This document shows, piece by piece, positions 13,433 through 25,685 of a stretch of DNA of 64,000 bases. Source of the DNA: Balanoglossus misakiensis. Taxonomy: Eukaryota; Animalia; Hemichordata. The translations under genes and the position numbers were made by a program. Below the pieces are notes generated by a model that had not been told where the DNA came from, searched no databases, and saw nothing but the letters and a program-made list of their open reading frames with translations. Where the stretch lies: contig CM082593.2 of NCBI GenBank assembly GCA_040954595.2, forward strand, positions 8,220,043 to 8,284,042, given 5' to 3'. Every line of letters starts with the position of its first letter. Position 1 is the stretch's first letter.

Positions 13433-15236
13433 TGAATTGTCCATTTGTACAGGTATGGAAAACATTCTGCTTGACAAGAACTAACCAGTCTGGGAACTGT
13501 GATAGACAAAATTAATTCCAATCAGAATTGAAACTCACAACTTGTAACTGAAATCAACCCTTTATATTTCAGTGTGGCACTTCAGAATCTGCAACTGACG
13601 TTAAAATAATTTGTAGATCTTTTCACAATTTCACTACTCAGTCCTGTCGTACAATTCCTGGATACTTGGAAGCTGACAGGTTTTTTGACCGCATTTATAG
13701 GTGGAATGATTTGGGCTCAAAGTAGCTGGAAACAACGGTTAAATGGTAAAGGTTTGACATTGATCAATGGCTGATGCTAAATATTGCATGCACATTGACA
13801 GTGTAGTACCATTGCTTTGCATTTACTGTCTTGGCCATTATTGCTGTTAAATTAAGATTGAGTTCCTCAGCTAGCTGTTAGCGTAGTGAATGGGATCACA
13901 TCAAAGTTCATCTAGACGCCAACCAACGTCTTTCTTGACGCAAGGCATCTGCATTTGCAATCTTAATGTTACACATACGTGTGTGTCTTACATTGACTTA
14001 TTTCAAGCTCTGCACCTTAAAAGGAATGATTGGCAAAGTTATAGTTTCAGTGGTGCTCATCTATTTCCCATCTACATACAAATGTCTCAACTGAGACAGC
14101 AATGAGAAATTTCAGAAGTTTTACGTCAGATTGCTTTCTAATGTCCAGAATGCAGCACAGCACATAAATAGGCTTCACATTGTACTTCAAGGGTGTCACT
14201 CGCAGAATCAATGGCAGAATGAGGCGAATACATGAAACTATGATTTTCCCCAAAAATAATTCTATAGTTCAGATAACTTGACCTATCCTAATTTTTACCT
14301 ACTGACCCTAAACTTTTACAGCTAAACGCCTAAATAAGTAATTATCATAATTTACATGAAACTGGCATAAAAAATAACATCAGAATATCTAGAGAGTGGG
14401 AGGTGTTATAACAATGATCTTATGTTTTGAAAGAGGTGACCACAGTTAATACTTTGGACAGCTGACATTTTGGACATGATTTCAAAATTGAATTGCCGTG
14501 TGAATGCAATGTCTAGTCAACAGACAAGGCAAGGTTTAGTCCAAGATTGAGTTGAATATAATCCAAACTGAAACCTACAGAAGAAAATACTATTTCCCTC
14601 AGGATTTAATGTCTACACATTACGTCAAGCCCTAAGCCAAGGTGATACAATTCTAGCAAATCTTCATTAGCCCTGAAACACAGATTACTTTAAATGGCTG
14701 AATTTACACTGTAGCTGAGAGCAATTCCAAGCTTTGAGTATGGCACAGAGGTCAATACAGTATTAAGCCTTACTCTTATTGTTTTATTAGTCTCTGTATC
14801 TGTGGCCAAGAAGCCTCATTCGCCAATAAAATAATTATTGCTTATTCCCTGTGGCTATAGCTATTACTGAAGCTGCAATCAGACCACTGTCAGTCAGCAC
14901 ACATATTAGATTTTATACCTCCCTCCCATGGGCATCTCTATCAACCTTTTTGAAAATTCCCAAGTTTTTATCTCCTTTCAGTAAGTGTGCTAACAGATCA
15001 TAAATCACTGGTCAGTATTTGTTCTTTTTCTTATTTTAACACTCTATAGAAGTACATATAGTTTTCATTAATCAGCTACTTTGCTTATGAATAATGCCAG
15101 GTGGTTTTGAGGAGTCTAAAATCATGTGTCTAAGGTAACCTTTTAATAATTTGACGTAAAATAAATTTATGATACAAAATTACAACAACTAGTAATAAGT
15201 CTATGTATATCCCTATGCAAATAATTGCATGCTATA

Positions 15237-15691
15237 TGCCTTTTTCGTATAGAGGGCGTCATTCCAAGATGACGCGAAAACAAGGCCGATATTAAAGGTA
15301 TACAGTCACCTCCAATTTACATACGCCCATATTTGGCTGAAATGGCGTATTTGAGCGTTCTGAAGAACATGTGGTGGCGTGTGCCACCCACTGAAAATCT
15401 GTGATTGGTTAGATCTCAATTTGCCATGGTAACTATAGCTAATTTTCCACAGATGACCGTATACCTTTAAAGCCACAGAGTAAAATCGTTATCATCCTGT
15501 GTATCATTGCTTTAGTTAGGAAAGACGTTCGACAACCACATTTTATTGTATAGTAATTTTTACATGCAAATTGTGCAGAACAAACCAGACAAGCTCAAGC
15601 AGTACTCTGTGGCTTACTGGCCTTGTTTTCGCATCTTCTGCTTGGAGATAGCGCCATGTTTCGGAAGGGCGTCGTCTTTATGAAAAAGGTG
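15237..15691. mobile_element. TA-flanked palindromic MITE hosting the family H insertion
   Basis: Outer IR cctttttcgtataga / tctttatgaaaaagg; inner IR gcgaaaacaaggcc..agccacagagta / tactctgtggct..ggccttgttttcgc, split by the H element. Confidence 0.7.
15296..15466 (+). mobile_element. Kolobok-like MITE family H (nested)
   Basis: ttaa|aggtatacagtca ... tgaccgtatacct|ttaa; 5' part repeated at 22869-22951. Confidence 0.8.
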
Positions 15692-16061
15692 TATGATGTT
15701 TCTTATTTCAAATGACAGAGATTTATAACATCAGTTTTTTTCTGTGAACAACTCTAAAACTGTTATCATTCCATGCACAGTACACGTCGACATCATTTAT
15801 TTGAGTCTTGCCTACGTGGAGTTCAAACTGCAACAATCTGGTGCCAGTCGACCTCAGGTGTGTCTGACCTCCGTGACCTGCATTGACCTTTTTGACCATA
15901 TTATGCAAAGAGGTTGCAGGTAAGTACATCAAAGTTTTATGAGGCAGAGCTAATATCCTCACTATACCTTTTATGAGATCAAACAATACAAACAAGAAGA
16001 GGATTAGCTGCTGATTTGGTTCTTTACCTACAGGTCACTTGTATTTCGGGGCATGGCTTAA

Positions 16062-16406
16062 AGCCTGTAGAGCTGTTACTTTTTGCATTATTTTCATGAT
16101 TTTATTTTCCAACTTAAATTGGTCCATCTATGCTTACTGATAGGTATACATGAACACCTTATCAATGCCCGATTGTGACTGCAGGTTGCAATTTGAACAC
16201 GCTATGTATTAAAACGGTCCGCACCGATTTAATCAGCCTCCATACAAACAGTACACAGCTATCGTGGTATGCGTCGCCAAGAGATGACAAACTGATGCAA
16301 ATGCAAGTAATATAGCTTAACGGTGAAGATTTTAGAGGATAGGGAATAGATTTGAAATATTTTATTGTGGAAAAAAAATATGTGAAATTTGGCAGCCCTA
16401 GAGGCT
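16062..16406 (+). mobile_element. Kolobok-like MITE family F
   Basis: ttaa|agcctgtagagctg ... cagccctagaggct|ttaa; colinear with 39241-39604. Confidence 0.88.
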
Positions 16407-16923
16407 TTAATATCGCTACCTTATACATTCACAATAGAATGTACAAGTATGCCATAGATATGGTGTGATTCAATACCTCAAAGTGTTTGCTAGACTTTCA
16501 GATTTTGCTACGCAGTGTTTGAACATGCTAATAAACCAGTATTTCGGCTCTTATGGCAAACATCTTAAAAGCATCCCTTCTAAACCTTTCTATAACTAAA
16601 TACAAGGAATTATAAAACTTGTTTATTATGAATAAATCATAAATTCACTAACCACAACAGTAATTAAATTGATACATATAGTGAATAATGACAGAAAAAA
16701 TATGATTCAAAATCATGCAATTGACTCATGTCACATTATTTCTTGTTATCTCAATGATTTCATTTTATTTTATGTCAGGTTTCCCTGTACTAAACTAGTT
16801 TCAAGCAAGTTATATGAGTATCGAATTGAAACTCCTGTTTCCAAGGCTAAGAAATGTTGATCCCTTAAATATGTAATGACATGTTTTTTCCAGAAGATAC
16901 TTCAGTACTGTGGTGTTATTTAA

Positions 16924-17165
16924 AGTGAAGGGGTCGTCGCGCCGCATTTGTTTGTTTATAAACATTACAATTCATCCACAAATCCCTGAAATTAGATCAT
17001 TCTTAGAATGAACGAAGCAGCCAACCGTAGCGTAGACGGGGCATGACAGCAACTGAAGATCCTAGTACATGTAGGTCGTGGCGACTGCAGTGGGGTTTGC
17101 TCTGGTATGGGAGGACATTATTCTAATCAAGGGGGACACCCACGCGGCGCGACAACCCCTTCTCT
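16924..17165 (-). mobile_element. Kolobok-like MITE family C, short form
   Basis: ~22 bp TIRs (agtgaaggggtcgtcgcgccgc / gcggcgcgacaaccccttctct); TTAA on both sides. Confidence 0.9.
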
Positions 17166-17909
17166 TTAAGTTTAGTAGAGAGGCCATATTTTAAACAAAA
17201 TAACAAAACTTCAATAAAGAGCTTATCAATCCAAAGACCCACAGCTGTCACTTTTATGTTTTTCAATATCCAATAAAAAATATTGTAAAATTGGTACAGA
17301 TGATTTTAATTGATATTCCATCGTGTCATGAAATATGGTTCCCAACAATGCTCTATTCAATTTTAATATGAGATAATCCATAATGTATCCAATACACATT
17401 TATAGTTTTCATATGTGGCTCATATGCTGATATAATACTAATAATAATTCTTTCCTTTTTTCATAACAATCACACAGCAATAAATAACATCTCACGGCAA
17501 TCAAATTTTTTCTATTGCATATTCTATTTTGCATTTGACTATGTTTTCGTTAAATTTCAAGCAGAAAAAAATGTCAACATTGATGTAAAACAATTCTTAT
17601 TTTTGTTTTCAAGTCATGAAAGAAATGACACACAATTCTGATGTTTACTTATTTGAAGAAAATGCTAATTTGAGAAGACACATTTTACACCAATTAAAAT
17701 TTTGTTATTCTAAAAATAGTGTTCCCATATGAACTGTACTAGTACATGTATTACGAACATATTTCAGACCAAAAGACACTTTTAGCCTTTTACATAATAA
17801 AATGCTATCTTAGGCAATTTATAATATACCATTTTACAGGCATGATTGTTGACATGCCAATGCCAGCTATTTCAAAACTTGTAGTATTAATTTATTACTT
17901 TTTAACATA

Positions 17910-18220
17910 CAGTGGCCACCTCTCTATACAGCAGTCACCTCTATATAGTGGCCACTTTGTTACAGTCCCTGTGCAATTTACATGTACAGTCAACCCTGTG
18001 TTAGTGGCCACCTCTATATAGTGGCCACTTTGTTACAGTCCCTGTGCAATTTACATGTACAGTCAAACCTGTGTTAGTGACCACCTCTATATAGTGGCCA
18101 CTTTGTTACAGTCCCTGTGCAATTTACATGTATATTAATTGACCTGTCTATAAAGTCCACCTGTCTATAAAGACCAGTTTAGGAAAGTACTTTGACTTGC
18201 CACTTTAGACAGTCTTACTG
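17910..18220 (-). mobile_element. MITE family E with 73 bp terminal tandem repeats
   Basis: cacctctatatagtggcc recurs at 17936, 18009 and 18082; remainder is the reverse complement of 8296-8458. Confidence 0.85.
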
Positions 18221-18978
18221 TTCACTGATCTGCAGAAAACAGGGCTCACATCTACACCCTATTTGCAGGAAACAATATCAATTGAGAAGCCACACTGAAA
18301 AGTGCAAATATGGGCTGGACTGTGTGATTGCTATACTTAAGGGTCCGGAAACTAACTACATGCAATTCCCAGCTAATGAGAGACTACAACATTCAATCAC
18401 ATCTGACTCATTTTCCAAAGAGAAATGTCGCACTCTGATATTCATCATCCAACTCTGCACATCCACCCCCTAGTGTGCTGGTAATAGTACACTTTGGTTT
18501 AATTTGATGACTCCAAAATGGATCCTGTTAATGACCTTAGTATTAGGGCAATATATTGCTGCACGTGTACCAGTTATTTAAATTATACACATGTCTGGGT
18601 CAAACCACCACGAAAAAGTAGGCTTGATATTGATGACCTCGATTTTACTTTATCTTTTTCTTATCAACTTGGTTTTTGACAAATGCTCTAGAACCAAGTG
18701 ATGAATTCACAAACAAATGTCCTCATGAATATCATCAAATTATGTGTGTCTCGGAAAATAAAGACGTTGTTTTGGTCAATCCTGTACACTACAATCAGAG
18801 CACATAACACTTAGCTCAATAGTCGCTTGGTGATTTTTTGTCGTTATGAAGATTCTTAACTATTCAGTTGTTCGACAACTCATAATTATTACTCTAACTT
18901 TTCGTGTGTTTGCTTGCTTTGAACAAGTTTCGTATGAAATAATTAAGCTCATAGACTTGGCCAAAGTCAGCAAAAATT

Positions 18979-19065
18979 CCCTCGTGGAGTATGAGACAGA
19001 GAAGAGATCTCTCGTAGTGCAGGTCCTGGGTTCGATTCCAGAGTAGATCTTTTCCGGGTTTTTTT
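18979..19065 (+). mobile_element. tRNA-derived (SINE-head-like) sequence or tRNA pseudogene
   Basis: Perfect B box GGTTCGATTCC at 19029-19039, degenerate A box at ~18985, T-runs downstream; acceptor stem does not pair. Confidence 0.55.
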
Positions 19066-19679
19066 ATCCAATGAAAATTAAACAAAGTGTACGTGAAAGG
19101 CAAAGTTCACCCAAACTTTGATCATGGCCAAGTCGTGATGGAGGAACCACATGGACACCAAAAAGTGTGGGTTTACTTGTAAACCACACACTTTTAAACA
19201 AAGAAGAAACAAAAGAACATTCCATGGTAATGACCAGATGATCGGTTTTGGAAAATAAGAGGGATGGTTTGAAAAATGGGCACAAGGCACAGCATGGTAC
19301 AGATGCTATAAACTTAAGAGACCAGACTGCCAAAAGCATTACACATTGACCTAGTTGTTTCAGATCTTTTCTCCAAGAGTTGAAATCCACTATGTGTACA
19401 GCCGTGTTGTAATGATTCATTGATGGAATACATCATAATACTCGTAGAGTAACAGTATGGCCACTTAATGGCGCAACACCACAATTCAGTAGATGCTCAA
19501 TCGATAAAATGACATCATCAAAGTAAAATACTGCATCACCTGTGTTTACCGCGCAATTTGTGAAGACGAGGTCCATGAAACAATCCTTTCAATCATTCAA
19601 TATTTTCCCCAAAAGTAAGTATTTGTCTTCTCTTGATATTAAACTAATCATTATACTCTGAAGGGATATAGCCACTTAA

Positions 19680-20031
19680 AGGGACAAAGTCTCTCTCTCG
19701 CTGCCCCTTTCCGTTAATTATGTTTGATACAAAAAAATGTCTATGTTATTCTTCATGTGGATATATACATGTAGTGAATCAACGTTCGGCCACACACAAC
19801 TTCCATCCCACTTGTAGACACAAGAGTGAAAAACTTGCCAAAATGAATAATTGGTGTTTACCGTTAATACATTTTGACAGGATTTTTACTCTCATATCCA
19901 ACAAACGGGATGGAAATTGTGTGTGGCTGAACGTTGAATCACTATATATCCACATGTAGACTAACGTAGACAGTGTCTCGTATCAAACATAATTAATGTA
20001 AAAAAGGCAGTGAGAGAGAGATTTTGTCCCT
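19680..20031 (+). mobile_element. Kolobok-like fold-back MITE family G
   Basis: ttaa|agggacaaa ... tttgtccct|ttaa; the two halves are reverse complements over nearly the whole length. Confidence 0.88.
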
Positions 20032-20565
20032 TTAATGCTTTGAAAGGACAAAAAAACACATTTTTGGAGAAATTCACCAAATATAACATCTGACTGGGAA
20101 TGTGAGCAATAAAAAAGGGCAATTGCCTCTAAATTGAATGTGATTAAACTGATTTTAGAAGCACTACATGTATAAGCTCTTTTCTGAATTGACGAAATTA
20201 CTTTCATTATTACAGTTTTGTATAAAATTCTATTAAAAAATATTTTATCACCATGACTAACCTTCAATTATTAGGATACATGGTTTTAGCATTTTGATAG
20301 TAGACATTAATGTTTTATATTTATTGTTATTAAAAGTTTTATGTGGGGCAGTCATTACTATAATTTTTTTTATAGGAAAATAGAAATGTTCCTTTAACAT
20401 GTTAACAGAGTAAATTTTTATTGATCTAGAGAAAGTACCTGGTGTTTTATAGCCGTGTTTAATAACATAATTTTATTCTGGACCTTCAATTCATACTACA
20501 GAAGCTACCAATAGCTTAGTAGACAAGAAAAAGTACTGTACCAATATTATATTCACGGTATTTAA

Positions 20566-20916
20566 AGCCCCATTAGCTGTAATTTTTCAATAGTTTTTCA
20601 GTATTTCTGTTTTGTGTATCTACTGCTGCAGTTTCTTGTTCAAATCATTGAAGCATGATGAAATGCCCAGTATCCAGCTCATTATTAAATACAGCCTATG
20701 TATATAGTCAGCACTGTTATCGTACAAAATTTGAATTCAAGTCCGGACTAGAATTCATTTGTTGACAATAACAATGGCCGTTACACACATATAGGCTACG
20801 TTTACAAGTGTAGTACTCGGTATATTAGCAAGCTGTTTGGAGTAGAACAAGAAATTGCATTTGATACACACAATATAAAATACTGAAAAAAGTCTAAAGA
20901 TACAGCTCATGTGCCT
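20566..20916 (+). mobile_element. Kolobok-like MITE family B, copy 2
   Basis: ttaa|agccccattagctgta ... tacagctcatgtgcct|ttaa. TTAA TSD with AG..CT termini fits Kolobok. Confidence 0.8.
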
Positions 20917-22868
20917 TTAAAAAGTGATATAAAAGTAACCCTCCACTGACCCCAGTAACACTTTCATTGACCACAGTACCAATATTAGGTTTTTCCTATG
21001 ATGGTATCACATCAGCACAAATCCCCACATGAATTCCCCATCTTCTATTTAGCCAGTAGTCACTTCGCAATGTACATGTTGTTATTTGGGTGAATTAGGC
21101 TGGGTTTACAAATGGTTTCATCAGTATCAGTGTTTCAAAAAAAAATGATGGGTTCACATTTATATTGTACTATTATATACGGTAGATCTTGCCAGAATGC
21201 TAACAATGACTGCTAAAGAACTATGAAAATTGTTGCACAGCCACCTAGTGAAAATTGATTGGCTAGAGGTCCCCTCGCCATGGTTAAATTTGCATATAGG
21301 TGACAGTGAACCGTTGTAGCTGGAAAGCATATTTCCATCCAACCTTTTTCACAAAGACCCGTCTAAGAGGAGAACGATACAAAACGACTGTGCGATCGAC
21401 TTCAAGGATGAAAAATTCCATGTGACAGGCAGTGAACGCTTAAGTGTCACACCTTCGTTCAATGTACACAGACATTGTCTTGACATTATAGGACTTTAAC
21501 TATATTATGAGAAGTAGAAAATGCCTACGGTGTTCATTTGATGATGGTGGACAAACTCAAAACAAGACTAGCAGACTTCATGCACCATCATCATTCACCA
21601 TTGTTCAAACAAATCAGGTACAACACTAAAATTGGGGCCATAAGCAACATTAATTGTAGGATGTGCAATATCCTAGGAGATGCATTATTTACAAAAACAA
21701 CAGCTTTTCTTAGGTATTGTTTCAATAACCTTACAATTCCACATAATGCACACTCCATAATAAATGTACTCAGTATAAAATATTCCTGTGTTTTTTTGTA
21801 CATGTACACCCACATGAGTAACAGATCATTAGCAACAAAGCAGTAGATTATTTTAAAACCTAAATCTTCAAAATAATCTAACAGAATGCATAGCCTGAGG
21901 TTTCAACAGAATCTGAGGCAATTTTTCATAGTAATCGTATAGTTTATCTCATGTCCATGGCGACCGTGATGATATGTTGTGCCGTTCAAACCTAACACTA
22001 CATTTTTATGATGGAAAAACAAGCAGGATAGGAATGCTTGGCTTGATAGTCTATCAAAATTTCATTCAGTTAGAAACAGCATATGGTATTTCTGATTAAA
22101 AATAGTACAACATTTATTCTTAGGCAACAGCGTTGAAAAGAGAAAGAATTATTGAACTTCAGTGCTAAACTGGGAAAAAATAGACGCTTAGCAACCAGAC
22201 TGTAACCATAGCAACCATCATGCACCTCAGCAACCTCCAGTCCACGCTAGCAACCACCATCCGACATGACAGTTGAGTTACGACCGTGCGTGCATTCATA
22301 GATTGGAAGAACTTCTTCTCCCAGGAATCTCAAAAGCTTCTTTGAACGCACACCTCTCATGAATGTTGCAAACCCTCAAAAGGTCATGTGACACTGAAGT
22401 GATTGAAAATGGCGATTAGCAGGCAGGGTCAGCTTCATGGAAGTGAAGTGTCAGCAGACGACAAAATGTTCAGCAGTTCAGATGCAGTGTGGATCTTACA
22501 CAGTTATCCGATTATATGCAGTTTCCGTACAAACAGTAAAAGCCAGCATAAAAGCCTGCATGGCGGTAAAGTGATAGTTTGTTCAGCATGCAGTCAGCGT
22601 AGGTGTCACGACTATATGTTGCTAAATTTAACCGAAATTTTACTTGGACATTGACAATTCTCATTAAAATATTGAAAACAACATAATGAGAAAGATAACC
22701 GCTATGGAGAAGTAGGGCAGAAATCAACATGATTTTCAATTATATAAAAAAAACTGTCATTTAGCCACAAATTCAGATCACTGACTACATGGACAGTGTG
22801 ACTTGAAATGTACTATAGATATCACTTTGTTGTGGAAAACTGCAATTTGTATTCTAAAGGAATATTAA

Positions 22869-22951
22869 AGGTACACAGTCACCGCCAATTTACATACGTC
22901 CATGTATGGCTGGAATGGCGTATTTGAGTGTTTTAAAGAACATATGGTGGC
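22869..22951 (+). mobile_element. MITE family H, 5' fragment
   Basis: ttaa|aggtacacagtcaccgccaatttacatacg matches 15296-15378. Confidence 0.75.
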
Positions 22952-25149
22952 TTTGCAATGAATCATTTTGAACTTGCAAATGAATATTAATTTTTTAAGT
23001 AATATTTCCAATCCAAAGTACATGTAGTACAGAATTTGCAAGTTATTAATTTCTAGTGGCTTATCGTTCTACAAAGCAAAGGATGAAACCTTTACGGCCC
23101 TGATACAAGTTTTGTGGACCTCAGTCATATGGCAATTTGCATAGATCTGACAGTTATGCCATACAGCTTCAGTCTGCAAAACCTGTAGCAGGGCCGTAAA
23201 AATTACGGTGCTGCACAGATGACTGAAGTCATTATTTCAAAATCGTACCAACACTAACTCTAAAATGAAACTTGTACTTTCTGATGATATACAGTGCAAA
23301 CAGATTCGAAACAAATTTGGCAGACATTGTAAGTGAATGGTAGCTTGTTATGAGCTGACATAGTTTGCAATGCAAAAATAAATCTCCATGGTGATTCCTG
23401 CCTCCAATAATTTTACAAACACAACTGAATTTACTTGTCTGAATTTGTCTCACAACAAAACTGACAAATTTGTCTGTCGATTGCTATTATGAAATTTAAC
23501 AGAAAACACTCATCACAAATCAGTAATATATGAATTCAACATTTCATCTAAATGTTCATTTCAATTTCTACCAACAAAGAAATGCATTGTGGGTAACATA
23601 TCAAACAGAACACCAAGTGGAAATATTTCAAAGAGAACCTAAAAACAAAATGTTGGAATTCCATAAATTCCACGAACATAATTCCTATAGATAGCTGCTT
23701 TGAGGCTATCAGACTCAACTCATTAGTTACCTTACCTGAAATAACAAATTGAGAATCAAGAAACTGGCTCAACTTGTATCTCCCTCGAATATATCCTGTA
23801 AAGAGGATATCATTTCCTTGCTTTAAAAAGAAAATCATGCAAACAGCTGCTGTCAACTGCAAGGCATGATTTTAAACACGCATTCTTCTATGGTCAGCAA
23901 GTATCATGCAAAATCCAATTATGCATTTGATTTTCAAGATTCCCAGACTGTCCATTTGTAATTATCAACCCATTTCATCAATGATATCCACAAATTTATT
24001 GTGTGATATTTTCCCTTCGAGGCATATCAAAACTCCTTTGCATATATAGTGGGTATGGTGACTACAGGTAATATTTCCGAATATATTTAGAACTGTCTCC
24101 TTTTTATAGTATACTGTAGACACAAAATGTGAATGAAATTGGATACAATATATAATAGCATCTGCAGTTTTAGTGCCAAATTAATTTCACTGTGCAAAGA
24201 AACCAAATTAATGATTTTTACCACATTGAAGTGGAACAGAAATTAGAAAATGTGTGAAAGCTTGCCAGAGCTCAATATCTATTTCTTGCAATATATCTAT
24301 AAAATTTCTTAATAAAATAATAGACAGTTGATTTTATAATACAATGGATATCATAATAAATTTATTGATGATTAATTAGTTTGGTATAGGTATATAGGTT
24401 CCAAGTTTGTGGATAGCGTTCCTGTGAGCCATTATGTATATTGCCAAAGCCTGATAAAGGAGAAAAGCTAACTGCAGTACAAGAAATATTTAGTGATTTA
24501 TAATAGTTATTACTTTGATAATGTTTTGCGTTTTTGTTCTGGTGAATCAACTAAAGTTTCCAGCTCAAATCTATTCTTTTGACAACACCAGAAGTAGTCA
24601 CTTCATAGCTGTACTCAAGCTACTACACTGAGAAGCAAAATACTGGATATTTCAGCAAGAACTGGAGAGTTTGGTTTACACAACAACAACAAAAATTCTT
24701 CACCAGGTATGGACTGAATTTCTAGAGAAAAGCAAGTCATTGTCAATTATGGATTAATCTTTAAAATGAAGCACTGAAGGAAATCTGGGTCAAGAGAAAT
24801 CAGTCATGGCATGTCTAGATAATGGTTCCGCTATATATATTATTAAAGCTTGTAACTATGACACGCACTGTATGTATTCACACTGAGTTTGAATGAAACA
24901 GTTGTTAACATTAGAGAAATACTGTAGTTCCAGACATAAAACTTGTATCAAGAATACTGGTACAATCAAGTGTGACATACATTGATTTCCACACAATCCC
25001 ACGAAGACAGTTAGTTAGCATTAATTAATATACATAAACATTATTTACCCCCCCCCCCCCCCCCCAAACCCTGGAAGTCAACATTTAATGTAATGAGAAC
25101 ACACTGGGAAACTGCAAGCCACATTCTCAAGAATTTGTAACGTCTGAGA

Positions 25150-25685
25150 TTAAAAAAGCAAAAATTGCCCCCAAAGTACAATACTGATCTTTCCCCAATC
25201 ATTTTGGCATACAATACTGAGGACCCTGTAAGTCAAAGCAATTGTACAAACCATTTCTAAGAAATTCCGTCAAATTTCAAAGCAATCATGCAAACCATTT
25301 CTAAGAAATGGAATTTTGATCAAACATGATAGCAAAATTGCCCCCAAAACACAATCTTCATTCATTATACTATTCGCACATTACCATGATAGCCCTTAGA
25401 AGAATTAGTAAGATACTGCAAACTGGACCAGCAGATTACAGAAATGGAGGTTTCTGACCAAAAATGATAGAAATTGCCCCCAAAATATAATATTGATATT
25501 GTCACCACAATTTGAACAAATCTGAACGAAAACATCCCTGCATATGCTGATACCAAGTGCACTCTCACCAATATGGTCAGAATATGCATTAAAATTAAGA
25601 TATAATTAAACAGGTAAACATATATTAGCATTGTAGTCATGGAGACTCGCAAGTTGCAAATACATGTCTGTCTGTCTGTCTGTCA
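25150..25685 (+). repeat. Degenerate ~140-175 bp tandem units followed by (gtct)n; resembles Helentron-derived (HINE-type) repeats
   Basis: aaattgcccccaaa at ~25161, ~25335 and ~25471; caaaccatttctaagaaat duplicated; (tgtc)n at 25666-25684. Confidence 0.45.

Noticed and set aside
17936-18131. CRISPR-like array
   Set aside because: Units are contiguous with no unique spacers, context is eukaryotic, and no cas genes are present.
18979-19050. Functional tRNA gene
   Set aside because: Acceptor and D stems do not pair; only the T-arm/B box is intact.
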